Virus record (IMG/VR): IMGVR_UViG_3300027571_000963
Location: 1-43,983 of that record
Source: a virus
Taxonomy: Duplodnaviria > Caudoviricetes
DNA length: 43,983 bases
Reading direction: 5' to 3' (one strand)
Shown: piece by piece, positions 26,751 through 35,923 of the stretch
Position numbering within the stretch: the first letter of the stretch is position 1
How the letters are laid out: each line of letters opens with the position of its first letter
The notes under the pieces: generated by a model
What the model was told of the DNA's origin: nothing
Seen by the model: only the letters and a program-made list of their open reading frames with translations
Databases searched by the model: none
Position numbers and translations under genes: made by a program

Positions 26751-26918
26751 CTACCATTTACCGATTGTCAACACGTTTTTTTGACTGTTTACAGCGTCAA
26801 GCAGCCTGCGTATTTTTGTTGAATCCTCTGGATATTTCTTGTGAAGTTCCACGTGTAGTAGATCCTCCAGATATTTCAAATCTTCTAGGCTCAGTTCTTT
26901 GATTTTGCTGGCTACCAT
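26751..26918 (-). CDS. Small hypothetical protein (MVASKIKELSLEDL...); start revised
   Basis: GGAG RBS before ATG 26918. Confidence 0.6.
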   Translation of the reverse strand: MVASKIKELSLEDLKYLEDLLHVELHKKYPEDSTKIRRLLDAVNSQKNVLTIGKW

Positions 26919-27093
26919 ATTTTTTCTCCCAGGCCTCTTCGAAACCTTCCGTGTGGACATAACTTTCACTATTATACCACATGCGCTTAAAGTATCCATC
27001 ATAACATTCCACTATGACAGCATCAGTTGTGTTGAAATGCCCTTTAACCATCCAAAACAGTCTACAGGCTTCTTTGAAATCTATATTGCTCAT
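26797..27093 (-). CDS. Hypothetical protein
   Basis: TAAATA boxes at 27095-27104; aromatic-rich N-terminal 60 aa. Confidence 0.6.
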   Translation of the reverse strand: MSNIDFKEACRLFWMVKGHFNTTDAVIVECYDGYFKRMWYNSESYVHTEGFEEAWEKKYGSQQNQRTEPRRFEISGGSTTRGTSQEISRGFNKNTQAA

Positions 27094-27173
27094 ATATTTA
27101 TTTACTGTAGTGTTAATATGTTGGCGTTAACTTGCAGTTAAATCTGCTAAATACTACAAAGCGGAGAACAATA

Positions 27174-27608
27174 ATGGCAAACTTAGTTAAAGCATCACGC
27201 ATTGCATTTGCAAGCCAATATGCATATGTGTTAAAAGCACAAAACTTTCACTGGAATGTTGAAGGTCAAAACTTTAGTGACTTCCATGAGCTGTTTGGCA
27301 GCATATATCAAGATGCTGAGGGCAGTATTGATGACTTTGCTGAGAATATACGTAAACTAGGAGCATATGCCCCAGCAGGGTTTAGTATGTTGGGAAGTCT
27401 ATCTACTATTGATGAAATTTCTGATATACCAGACGCAATGACAATGGTTGGAATACTAGCAGAAGACAGTATTAAAATGGCAGAACTGTGTGCTATGGTT
27501 TACGAAGTTGCAGAAGCACAACGTGAGTTTGGTTTTGCTAATTTCCTAGCAGATCGTCAAGATGCATTTAAAAAACATGCGTGGATGTTAAATTCAATAT
27601 TGAAGTAA
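27174..27608 (+). CDS. dps: Dps family ferritin-like protein
   Basis: NFHWNVEG, FHELF, D..AE.IR.LG, K.AWML; TAAATA at 27148-27153. Confidence 0.95.
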   Translation: MANLVKASRIAFASQYAYVLKAQNFHWNVEGQNFSDFHELFGSIYQDAEGSIDDFAENIRKLGAYAPAGFSMLGSLSTIDEISDIPDAMTMVGILAEDSIKMAELCAMVYEVAEAQREFGFANFLADRQDAFKKHAWMLNSILK

Positions 27609-27613
27609 CAGAA

Positions 27614-27644
27614 AACGGGCGCTCGTAGCGCCCGTTAGTTTTTT
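27614..27644. terminator. Bidirectional terminator between convergent genes
   Basis: AACGGGCGCT/AGCGCCCGTT stem. Confidence 0.8.
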
Positions 27645-27661
27645 AGACAGGTAAGTAGGAA

Positions 27662-27889
27662 TTACTTACGGTTCCAAATTTCATAAAGAACCCAAACAGC
27701 AATCAGGCCAACTACGCCTTGTGAGCCAAGTGCAGCAATGATACCGCTTACGTTTTCAATAACGCCAGAGCCTGCAAGGAACGGAACGTTAAGTCCAAGT
27801 ACTTCTAGTACGATCATAAGTGCAGCAACGCTTACACCAACTTCAGCTAGGGCGCCTGCCCAGGCTTTTACTTTGTTTAGAATGTCCAT
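27662..27889 (-). CDS. Small two-TM membrane protein; start revised
   Basis: GGAG RBS; promoter TTGACA (27980-85)-17 nt-TATAAC (27957-62). Confidence 0.75.
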   Translation of the reverse strand: MDILNKVKAWAGALAEVGVSVAALMIVLEVLGLNVPFLAGSGVIENVSGIIAALGSQGVVGLIAVWVLYEIWNRK

Positions 27890-28026
27890 AAAAATCTCCC
27901 TATATGGATATATTTTTGCTGATAAAAAATACATATTTTTATACTAGCTATACACTGTTATACACGAAAAAGTTACCGCTGTCAAGCATTTTTTATAAAT
28001 ATTTTTATAGATGTTGGAGGATAATT

Positions 28027-28278
28027 ATGAAACTACCTGTTATACCATTCATTTTTGACTGGAATCATACAAAAAACGTAAAAGAAACTTATTGGGAACA
28101 TTTCACTTGGTGCATGTATAGCACAATGATGTTTGCCATCATTCTACCAGTTGGCTTTATACACGGGATATTTCCGTTCTTACTGCCAGAAGCACCAGAC
28201 GCATTAGTTGTTAAATGGACACGTAAATTCCGTGAGCGTAGACAACGCACAGGCCAAGCTGGATCGAGACCAGAATAA
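28027..28278 (+). CDS. DUF6356-like small membrane protein
   Basis: H....ETYWEHF...IHGIFPFL pattern; GGAGG RBS; TATAAATA at 27994-28001. Confidence 0.65.
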   Translation: MKLPVIPFIFDWNHTKNVKETYWEHFTWCMYSTMMFAIILPVGFIHGIFPFLLPEAPDALVVKWTRKFRERRQRTGQAGSRPE

Positions 28279-28279
28279 G

Positions 28280-28513
28280 TTAAGCAGTTTTGCGGTTGGA
28301 CTTTGTTTTTTTAAGTGGCTTTTCAGTAATCTGCCCACGTGCCACTTTATCATGCCAATTGTATCGTTTTAAAAGAGGATCAGTAGCCGCCACTACTTGG
28401 CTATCATTCCAATTAAATTTACGTTTTAAATCACTGTACAATTTATCTTTATCCGTATATGCATCCATCATGTTTACGATGATGGCATCTATCTGTAACC
28501 AATTATAGTCCAT
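28280..28513 (-). CDS. Hypothetical protein
   Basis: GAGG RBS; clean ORF. Confidence 0.65.
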   Translation of the reverse strand: MDYNWLQIDAIIVNMMDAYTDKDKLYSDLKRKFNWNDSQVVAATDPLLKRYNWHDKVARGQITEKPLKKTKSNRKTA

Positions 28514-28610
28514 ATTTTCCTCTGCTAAATATTATTGATGTGATAATAAAAACTCTATAGAATTTACATAACTACTTATTATCACGCACCCATGCGTAAA
28601 AGGAAATAAC

Positions 28611-29285
28611 ATGGACTATTCCAGAGTTGATGCAGGATTTGAAATAGCGCCAACCACATACTGCCAAGCAAGGTGCTATGCATGTCAAAGATGTGAGTCA
28701 AACTGGTCAGGCAAAGTTAGAGCTGATTTAAAACTAACACATATGGAGCATACACTATTTGAAAGTATTGTCAATCAAATAGCTAACACATATCCCACGA
28801 ATAATATATCACACATAAGACTGTGCGGCGAATCAGGTGATCCAATGATGCATCCAGAAATAGAACAGTTTATCACAACTGTATTATCAAGATATACTCG
28901 TGTTGGTATTCAGACCAATGGAGGGCTGAGAAAGCCAGAATGGTATGCGAAAATTGGAGAACTTTATAAAAATAGAGTCACTATTATATTTGGAATAGAC
29001 GGAACAGACCATGACACTAATTGGAAATATCGAGAGGGAGTTGATTGGAATCGTGCAATGGATAACATGATTTCATTCAATACAGCGGGCGGTACGTGTG
29101 TATGGCAGTTTATAATCTTTCCATGGAACATACATCAAATTGACGAAGCAATGAAAATAGCAAGAGAAACCAATATCGATTTGCGTTTTATTGTTAATGG
29201 CAAGGACGGTCCAGGAGTAATAGATGATGAAACTAGGGACCAAGTAATGCAAAAAATAGCAGATTTAGGATATATTGTATTATGA
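28611..29285 (+). CDS. Radical SAM protein, core only (copy 1)
   Basis: CQARCYAC, CGESGDPMMHP, TNGGLR, FGIDG. Confidence 0.92.
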   Translation: MDYSRVDAGFEIAPTTYCQARCYACQRCESNWSGKVRADLKLTHMEHTLFESIVNQIANTYPTNNISHIRLCGESGDPMMHPEIEQFITTVLSRYTRVGIQTNGGLRKPEWYAKIGELYKNRVTIIFGIDGTDHDTNWKYREGVDWNRAMDNMISFNTAGGTCVWQFIIFPWNIHQIDEAMKIARETNIDLRFIVNGKDGPGVIDDETRDQVMQKIADLGYIVL

Positions 29286-29641
29286 ATTGCCCAGTAGATT
29301 GTTCCAACGTAAGACATAATGATGATGGATCAGTAACCAGAGAATGGACCATAGATGTAGAGGGCAGGGTTTGGCCATGCTGCCTTTATGCAAATATTTG
29401 GGGTGATACAAGAACAGACCCTATTGATCAATTGAGAAAAGTACAAGATACTACGTTTGTAAATTTATTTAAATTAGATCCCAATTGGAATAACTTAAAA
29501 CACTACACACTTGAGGAAATAACAGCCAATGAAGTCTTTTGGACAAAGACATGGTTTCCAGGTTGGGAGAGTGGCGACATGACAAATATATGCCGTATGT
29601 GTATGCGTCCAGATACAAAATTATTTAAAAAGAGAGACTAA
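29282..29641 (+). CDS. Stand-alone SPASM/twitch-like Fe-S protein (copy 1)
   Basis: C...GRVWPCC...WNNL...CRMC; ATGA coupling. Confidence 0.8.
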   Translation: MNCPVDCSNVRHNDDGSVTREWTIDVEGRVWPCCLYANIWGDTRTDPIDQLRKVQDTTFVNLFKLDPNWNNLKHYTLEEITANEVFWTKTWFPGWESGDMTNICRMCMRPDTKLFKKRD

Positions 29642-30354
29642 TGCCAAAGAAATTAGAAGAAGATTACTTTTTGGAATTTGCCATATCTAGCTTTTGCCAG
29701 GCTAAATGTCCATCATGTAACAGGACAAACCCAGAAACATTAGAACAACAATCATGGTTAACACCAGAACATTTTAATATTGATACATTTAAAAAAATGA
29801 TGTCGCCTGATTATTGGCGCTCTAGAAAAATAACAAAAATAAAGTTTTGTGGAGAAAATGGTGATCCCATGATGCACCCAAAAATACAAGAATTTATTGA
29901 TCACAGCTTCCTACTAGGCGCTAGGTCCCTAACCATAGCAACTAACGGCGGACTTAGGACGCCATTATGGTATAAGACAATGGCAGAAAAATATGGCAAA
30001 CGTTTGGAAATAATATTTGGTATAGATGGGGTAACTGGAGAAGTCAGTAATAAGTATAGAATAGGGGTTGATGCTGCTAGAGCGTATGAAAATATGTTTG
30101 CTTTCCATAATGCAGGCGGATATGCTACATGGCAATTTATATTATTCAGTTTCAATTATCATCAATTACCCGAACTTTATGAAATTTGTTCTAAGAATAG
30201 AATTGCCCCTTCCATAATATGGAATCAAGGGCATTATGGTTTAATAGACGCAGACATGAAATTAGAAGTGTTAAACAAATATGGCGATGTATTAGATGCA
30301 TTACGTGAACTGCAAGGAGAAATAGTAGATGAGCTCGCTGAAGATATCAGTTAA
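29641..30354 (+). CDS. Radical SAM protein, core only (copy 2)
   Basis: CQAKCPSC, CGENGDPMMHP, TNGGLR, FGIDG. Confidence 0.92.
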   Translation: MPKKLEEDYFLEFAISSFCQAKCPSCNRTNPETLEQQSWLTPEHFNIDTFKKMMSPDYWRSRKITKIKFCGENGDPMMHPKIQEFIDHSFLLGARSLTIATNGGLRTPLWYKTMAEKYGKRLEIIFGIDGVTGEVSNKYRIGVDAARAYENMFAFHNAGGYATWQFILFSFNYHQLPELYEICSKNRIAPSIIWNQGHYGLIDADMKLEVLNKYGDVLDALRELQGEIVDELAEDIS

Positions 30355-30742
30355 CGACATTACGTGTGAAGAACGTGGAACAAATTCAGAGGCAGGTATT
30401 GATCTTAAATACTATGAAGTTACCACTGATGGTAAAGTTTGGCCTTGTTGTCAATGGGTGGGGCTGCATCTACGCTTTGATATTCCCTCACAGCCTAATT
30501 ATCGAGCAGCACTTTTAGATGATCCTGAATTTAAAAAACGGTATGATGCTGATCCAGACTGGAACAATGCTAATAAGCACGACATTGCTGACATATTAGA
30601 TAATGACTTTTTTACAAAATATGTTAATATAGAAGGATGGGGTAGTGATAGTCCTCCCTTTGTCTGTACTCTTTTTTGTAAAAAAGGGGCCAAAGGTATG
30701 AAGGGATATCATGCCCTCAAGCAGAGTATGAATAAAGAATGA
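30329..30742 (+). CDS. Stand-alone SPASM/twitch-like Fe-S protein (copy 2)
   Basis: C...GKVWPCC...WNNA...CTLFC; AGGAG RBS. Confidence 0.8.
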   Translation: MSSLKISVNDITCEERGTNSEAGIDLKYYEVTTDGKVWPCCQWVGLHLRFDIPSQPNYRAALLDDPEFKKRYDADPDWNNANKHDIADILDNDFFTKYVNIEGWGSDSPPFVCTLFCKKGAKGMKGYHALKQSMNKE

Positions 30743-31407
30743 GAAATTTAAATAACATGAAAATCAACTATGATTTTGCTTTGACTACTTATTGTCAGGC
30801 TAGATGTCGCAGTTGTGCAAGAACAGAACAAGATACAGGCAATACCAACAGTTGGCTTGCTACTAAACATATGGATTTGGAAGTTTTTACCCGCATCGTA
30901 AGCAACAGTAAAAACATTGCTGAGCGAAACGGTTATATACAGTTTTGTGGAGAACTGGGTGACCCCATGATGCACCCGCAGGTTAGTGATTTTATTGATG
31001 TGGCATTGCTGTATGGTAAACGAGTACATATCAATACTAATGGAGGTTTAAGACAGCCAAAATGGTACAAACATTTAGCAGATACTTACAAAGAGAGAAT
31101 ACGTATCAAATTTGGTATAGATGGCACAGACCACGATACCAATTGGTTATACAGAGAAGGTGTTGACTGGAAACGTGCAATGGATAATATGCGGGCATAC
31201 TTTGGCGCACAGGGCGAAGGTGACTGGCACTTTATTATATTTGATTGGAACTGGCAACAGATACCACTAGCACGTAAAATGGCAGAAGATATTGGGTGTG
31301 AAGTTCACTTTAAATTTAACACACGCGAGTACGGAAAAATAACAAAAGAAAATAAAATCATAGCAAAGCAATTATTAGAAGAAGTTGACGGGACGATAGA
31401 ACCATGA
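30739..31407 (+). CDS. Radical SAM protein, core only (copy 3)
   Basis: CQARCRSC, CGELGDPMMHP, TNGGLR, FGIDG. Confidence 0.92.
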   Translation: MRNLNNMKINYDFALTTYCQARCRSCARTEQDTGNTNSWLATKHMDLEVFTRIVSNSKNIAERNGYIQFCGELGDPMMHPQVSDFIDVALLYGKRVHINTNGGLRQPKWYKHLADTYKERIRIKFGIDGTDHDTNWLYREGVDWKRAMDNMRAYFGAQGEGDWHFIIFDWNWQQIPLARKMAEDIGCEVHFKFNTREYGKITKENKIIAKQLLEEVDGTIEP

Positions 31408-31775
31408 GAAAATGTAAAATAGACTGTACTGTGCATAATATGAATTCACGTGAATTTGAAATTACCAGTGATGGTAAAGTATGGCCCTGTTGTTATTATG
31501 CAAATGCCTGGGATGCTCGTTCTGATCCTGAAAGTACTTCAACACAACTATACAATGCAGATCCAGTTATGGTTGCATTGGATAAAGAAGACCCAACTTG
31601 GAATCTGTTATCTGAACATGGATTAGATGAAATTGTAGACCATGAAATATACTGGACACATTTGTGGTACCCTGGGTGGGAAAGTGATAATCCTCCACCA
31701 CTGTGCGTGGAAGAATGCGGCGTATATATCGACGAACTAAGTGGAAAAGAAACCACCAATTCACGGCTTGATTAA
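31404..31775 (+). CDS. Stand-alone SPASM/twitch-like Fe-S protein (copy 3)
   Basis: C...GKVWPCC...WNLL...CVEEC; ATGA coupling. Confidence 0.8.
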   Translation: MRKCKIDCTVHNMNSREFEITSDGKVWPCCYYANAWDARSDPESTSTQLYNADPVMVALDKEDPTWNLLSEHGLDEIVDHEIYWTHLWYPGWESDNPPPLCVEECGVYIDELSGKETTNSRLD

Positions 31776-32632
31776 TGACAACCTTTAGTGTAACTGGACA
31801 TATAGACAGTCGTGCAGCACAACACAGTGCGGCTGATATCTATAATAGTACGTTGCCAGGATTAGCAACTGTAGAAATCAACATTACAGAATTATGTAAC
31901 AGAACTTGTAGTTTTTGTCCACGACATGATCCAGAAGTATACCCAAATCAAAAGCTATTCATGAGTTTGGACACTGTGCGTGCATTAACAGAACAATTGC
32001 GTGCTGCTGAATGGCGTGGCGATATACACATTACTGGATTTGGCGAACCACATACTCATCCACAATTATTGGAAATAGTAACTGAGCTCAACAAATATGA
32101 CGGATTGTATATTGAGATTACAAGTAACGGTGATCGTTTAATTGACATAGACTTGGACTATACGCAGAAACTATACGCTGCTGGTCTTGACATGCTCACT
32201 ATCGACTGTTACGATGGTGAAGAACAATACACTGAGCGTGAGCGTAAAATGCAGATGTTGCCAGGTCGCTGGAGACTACGGGCGCATTATGACAATGGCA
32301 ATGCTGCCGAACTTATTGCTGAATACGGCTTTAATAATCGTGCAGGCACAATGGGTGGTCAGGGAATACAAAACCAGTGCTACCTTCCTTTCTATAAAAC
32401 ATTTATTGACTGGAACGGCAACATGACACTGTGCTGCAACGACTGGCACCGTGAAGCTGGCAACTTTGGCAATATTAATGAGATTGGTATTAGTGGTTGT
32501 TGGAACAGTAAGAAAATGCAGTTTGTTCGTGCTGGGTTAGCATTGGGTGAACGCAAGGGCGTATGTGCTAAATGCAATATTAAAGGAACAAAGTTTGGCA
32601 GGGCTAGCTTTGATTTACTTACGAACAATTAA
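31775..32632 (+). CDS. Fused radical SAM-SPASM/twitch protein
   Basis: CNRTCSFC, GFGEP, CYLPF...GNMTLCCNDW...GNI...CAKC. Confidence 0.92.
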   Translation: MTTFSVTGHIDSRAAQHSAADIYNSTLPGLATVEINITELCNRTCSFCPRHDPEVYPNQKLFMSLDTVRALTEQLRAAEWRGDIHITGFGEPHTHPQLLEIVTELNKYDGLYIEITSNGDRLIDIDLDYTQKLYAAGLDMLTIDCYDGEEQYTERERKMQMLPGRWRLRAHYDNGNAAELIAEYGFNNRAGTMGGQGIQNQCYLPFYKTFIDWNGNMTLCCNDWHREAGNFGNINEIGISGCWNSKKMQFVRAGLALGERKGVCAKCNIKGTKFGRASFDLLTNN

Positions 32633-33601
32633 CTCTTGCGTAGTAGGCCCGCCTGCCCATGCATTTGCCAGTGATTTTATTACAACTGGTGAGTCTATCT
32701 TTTCCACAAACCCCATTGCATCTTCAGGTGTTTTTACTGCATAAGAAGTCGGAAGCATGAAACACGGATCTTCAACTTTACCAGCAGTCAAAAGCATCAT
32801 GTGTTCAATACCGTTGTATCTCCAGTTGTAGCCCAAACGTGTATCAGCGCCCTGAATGAAACCATCATAGCGTATTAGATCCCATAACATAAACTTTAGC
32901 TTGCCGCCTTCACGTGCTATTATCTGTTGATCTGTTGCACCTATAGAAACATTTTTATCGTCTACCAGCAATGCGTGTCCGTCAAATACTACTGATCCAA
33001 ATTGTGCAAGTTCCTGAAATTGTGGTGCTAGATCATCAAAGAAGGGCAAGTTGTTTCCGTGCTTGTCTTTAAATTTTACTTCATCGTTCTTTACTATGAT
33101 GCTAACACGTATACCAGACGACATATGTTGGACAACGCAGGGAAATTCTAGTTTGGAAAGAAGTTCTGGGGTCGCTTTAGTTGCTGTTTGCACTGGGTAC
33201 TCGTGAACTAAGTTTTCCCAAACCTTATTAATAGTTTCAATCTCAAGACCCCAATCAAGATTCTTGCGCAGTATACCGACAAAGATAGGGGCTTCTTCGT
33301 CATTCATATGCCCCAATGCTAGATTTGTGGCGAACATTGATTCTTTATAATCGAATTTTCCTTCAATTATTTCCTCAAGTATATGCATGAATTTACTCAT
33401 GCCCATTCCATGTTCTTTGCCCATGTAACGTGGAGTGAAATTGGACAATCCAAAGTCAATCATAGGATTATAAGCATATTTTAATATACGCTTAATTAAA
33501 GTTTCATTATGATATTTTGCTAAAATAGCAAGTTTATCCTCTTGTGTTTCTGCACTACGAATACTATCTGCTATCTTGGGTATAAGGCCTGCTTTACTCA
33601 T
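32615..33601 (-). CDS. T4 gp30-like DNA ligase homolog with degenerate active site and no OB domain
   Basis: Ligase-like N-terminal helical domain; motif I reads FPCVVQHMSSGIR; FDGH, LWD, VVIKS; GGAG RBS and TATAAATA support start 33601. Confidence 0.7.
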   Translation of the reverse strand: MSKAGLIPKIADSIRSAETQEDKLAILAKYHNETLIKRILKYAYNPMIDFGLSNFTPRYMGKEHGMGMSKFMHILEEIIEGKFDYKESMFATNLALGHMNDEEAPIFVGILRKNLDWGLEIETINKVWENLVHEYPVQTATKATPELLSKLEFPCVVQHMSSGIRVSIIVKNDEVKFKDKHGNNLPFFDDLAPQFQELAQFGSVVFDGHALLVDDKNVSIGATDQQIIAREGGKLKFMLWDLIRYDGFIQGADTRLGYNWRYNGIEHMMLLTAGKVEDPCFMLPTSYAVKTPEDAMGFVEKIDSPVVIKSLANAWAGGPTTQELIVRK

Positions 33602-33677
33602 TGGCGTTCTCCATAACACTATTTATATGCATAGTTAATGGTTTTCGATAAATACTACTATAATTAGGAGAAAAAAA

Positions 33678-35000
33678 ATGGCAGACTATCAACACCCACA
33701 AGACGTAAACTTGTCAGGTCCTTACCGTGCTATGGAATACGACCAAGATGGTCAGCCAGTGATGCGTGTAAGTATTGAAACAGTTAAACCAAACTCAGGA
33801 CTAGGTACAAGCATCTATAACACAAGCGGAAACTTAAACACCGGATCAGATGCATTTGGTAGGCTACGTACTAGTGACCCAGTAACATTGTTTGAAGCAA
33901 ATCACGTTGGCGGCATTGCTAACGGAAAATTTTATACTGTTCTAACAGGCGCTGGCAGCGTAGATTACAATGATAATTTAAGTGCGGCAGTACTAACAGC
34001 GGACGGCACTGCTGACTTTGCTGCTACAATGTATCGTAGTAAGCGCCGTATGAGCTATCAGCCAGGTAAAAGTTTATTAGTATTAACTACATTTGTTATG
34101 TCAGCGGTAACCAATGGAGTAATACAGAGTGTAGGATACTATGATGACCAAGACGGCGTTTACTTAATGAACAACCAAGGCACTGTTAGTTTTGTTAAAC
34201 GTTCAAGTGCAAGCGGCAGCACTGTTAATACAAGTGTAGCACAGGCTGACTGGAACGTTGACAAACTTGACGGCACTGGCACAAGTGGTATTACACTTGA
34301 TGTAACACAGTCTCAAATCTTATTCATGGACTTTGAATGGTTGGGAGTAGGCAGTGTACGCTGTGGTTTTGTTATTGACGGGCAATTTATTGTAGCACAC
34401 ATTTTCCACAACGCTAACATCAATCCTGGCGTTTACATGCGAACAGCTAGCTTGCCAGTAACACTTGAAATTGATAGTGTGAGTGGTGAAACAGCAAGTA
34501 TGCAATTTATTTGTAGCAGTGTTATCAGTGAAGGTGGTTATGAGCCACGTGCAGAAGGCAAGGTAGATGGCAACCCTATTACTGGCGCTACTGTTAACAC
34601 TGCCTGGGTTAACCTAGTAACAATACGTGTAGATAGTGCTTATCCACATGCCATCGTTGTTCCTAGTGGCATAGATATCCTAAACGTGTCAAATACCGAC
34701 TTTGAATGGGCATTGTTTGTTGATGCAACTCCAGCAACACCATTTAGTTTTAGTAACACTGTAAGTGAAAAAGTAGAAGTTGCTACAAATACTGTAACAT
34801 TTACCAATGTTGGTCGTCGTGTATATGGTGGATTTATGGGTGGGAAAACTGCACCTGCATCTATTGGCGATGGTGCGCTAAGTTGGGATAACCAGCTTGG
34901 GCGTAAAAATAGCAGCGAGTATCAAACTCTAACACTTGCTATTCGTTCTGCTAGCAACAGTAAAACTGCTGCTGGACTATTAAAATGGTATGAAGTATAA
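33678..35000 (+). CDS. Beta-rich late protein (DAFGRLRTS.P.TLF, YQPGKS), probably structural
   Basis: TAAATA at 33649-33654; AGGAG RBS; Ser/Thr/Gly-rich composition. Confidence 0.65.
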   Translation: MADYQHPQDVNLSGPYRAMEYDQDGQPVMRVSIETVKPNSGLGTSIYNTSGNLNTGSDAFGRLRTSDPVTLFEANHVGGIANGKFYTVLTGAGSVDYNDNLSAAVLTADGTADFAATMYRSKRRMSYQPGKSLLVLTTFVMSAVTNGVIQSVGYYDDQDGVYLMNNQGTVSFVKRSSASGSTVNTSVAQADWNVDKLDGTGTSGITLDVTQSQILFMDFEWLGVGSVRCGFVIDGQFIVAHIFHNANINPGVYMRTASLPVTLEIDSVSGETASMQFICSSVISEGGYEPRAEGKVDGNPITGATVNTAWVNLVTIRVDSAYPHAIVVPSGIDILNVSNTDFEWALFVDATPATPFSFSNTVSEKVEVATNTVTFTNVGRRVYGGFMGGKTAPASIGDGALSWDNQLGRKNSSEYQTLTLAIRSASNSKTAAGLLKWYEV

Positions 35001-35004
35001 AAAC

Positions 35005-35042
35005 AATTAAGGGGCCCAGTAATTAAACTGGCCCCTTAATTT
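35005..35042. terminator. Bidirectional terminator
   Basis: TTAAGGGGCC...GGCCCCTTAA stem between convergent genes. Confidence 0.75.
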
Positions 35043-35068
35043 TCCCCCGTATAATGCAGGCCACTGCA

Positions 35069-35239
35069 TTAGAGTTCTCGCAATCTTTTAACTTGCATAA
35101 TGCATTCTTTTGCTTCTGCATGATAACCCAAACGAGTTAATTCGTTCGCGGCTCTTGAATAGCCAATTATGTTAAACGTGTTCATAACACGTTGCAAAAA
35201 AGTTGGACGATTTGAGATGTATGTTGTTGCCATGGTCAT
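35069..35239 (-). CDS. Small protein, 56 aa (…IGYSRAANELTRLGYHAEAK…)
   Basis: Not in ORF track; ATGA-coupled to the upstream gene. Confidence 0.75.
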   Translation of the reverse strand: MTMATTYISNRPTFLQRVMNTFNIIGYSRAANELTRLGYHAEAKECIMQVKRLREL

Positions 35240-35391
35240 TGTTTAATCCCTACTGATGGTGATTTGCCGTTTAGCAATTCATTTAAAGCGTATTCCCAGT
35301 CATTGCCATATTCTATCTTGGCCAATGCCATAAGTTGATTTCTGTGAGTTGTATTTGCTTCAGAAATAAAATTAATAAATTTTCTAAACAT
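35236..35391 (-). CDS. Small protein, 51 aa (…LAKIEYGNDWEYA…)
   Basis: Not in ORF track; TGATG-coupled to the upstream gene. Confidence 0.75.
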   Translation of the reverse strand: MFRKFINFISEANTTHRNQLMALAKIEYGNDWEYALNELLNGKSPSVGIKQ

Positions 35392-35561
35392 CACACCCAC
35401 CCTGTTAAATTTTGATTTGCTGTTTGAAAAGGTGCCTGACCTCTATCAATTTGACGCATACGGCGTTCTAGATCAATCAAGTCAGTTGCTTCGCCCAGAT
35501 ATTCGTTAACTAATTGACGATCGGATTTTGCTGTAAATAGATTTTTTAAAAATTTAATCAT
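35391..35561 (-). CDS. DUF3563-like small protein, 56 aa
   Basis: Not in ORF track; YLGEATDLIDLERRMR motif; ATGA-coupled. Confidence 0.75.
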   Translation of the reverse strand: MIKFLKNLFTAKSDRQLVNEYLGEATDLIDLERRMRQIDRGQAPFQTANQNLTGWV

Positions 35562-35797
35562 TTGTACGCTTCCATTGCTACTGAACGGATCATGCCGCGG
35601 CTGATACCAATATCAGCAAGTTCTGAATCTGATAGCCGGCTTAGTTCTTTGATTGTTAAATTAACAAGGCGATCTTTTTCAAGACGTTCAATAAATGAAC
35701 GTGATAGTCGTGCAACTGCTTTGAACGGTGCTGCAATAACTTCTGCAATTGCTGATGCATTTAGCGTGTCTGCTAATGCAATTACGAATTGTGTCAT
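35558..35797 (-). CDS. DUF1127 family small protein
   Basis: TIKELSRLSDSELADIGISRGMI motif. Confidence 0.9.
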   Translation of the reverse strand: MTQFVIALADTLNASAIAEVIAAPFKAVARLSRSFIERLEKDRLVNLTIKELSRLSDSELADIGISRGMIRSVAMEAYK

Positions 35798-35923
35798 TTT
35801 GTATTTCCTATATATATGTGTATGTCATTAAAAAATGCAAGTACTTTCGCTGCACTTGCATAATAATATTTATACTAGATTTCAGTGAAATACAACTGCT
35901 ATTTGTGCAATTGTGATATGCTA

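Noticed and set aside
27904-28513. RiPP precursor peptide for the rSAM operon
   Set aside because: Neighbouring small ORFs are a DUF6356-like membrane protein and an ordinary hypothetical; no leader/core pattern seen
29282-31407. rSAM/SPASM splits as sequencing frameshifts or pseudogenes
   Set aside because: The split recurs at the equivalent position in three diverged copies, with ATGA overlaps or an RBS
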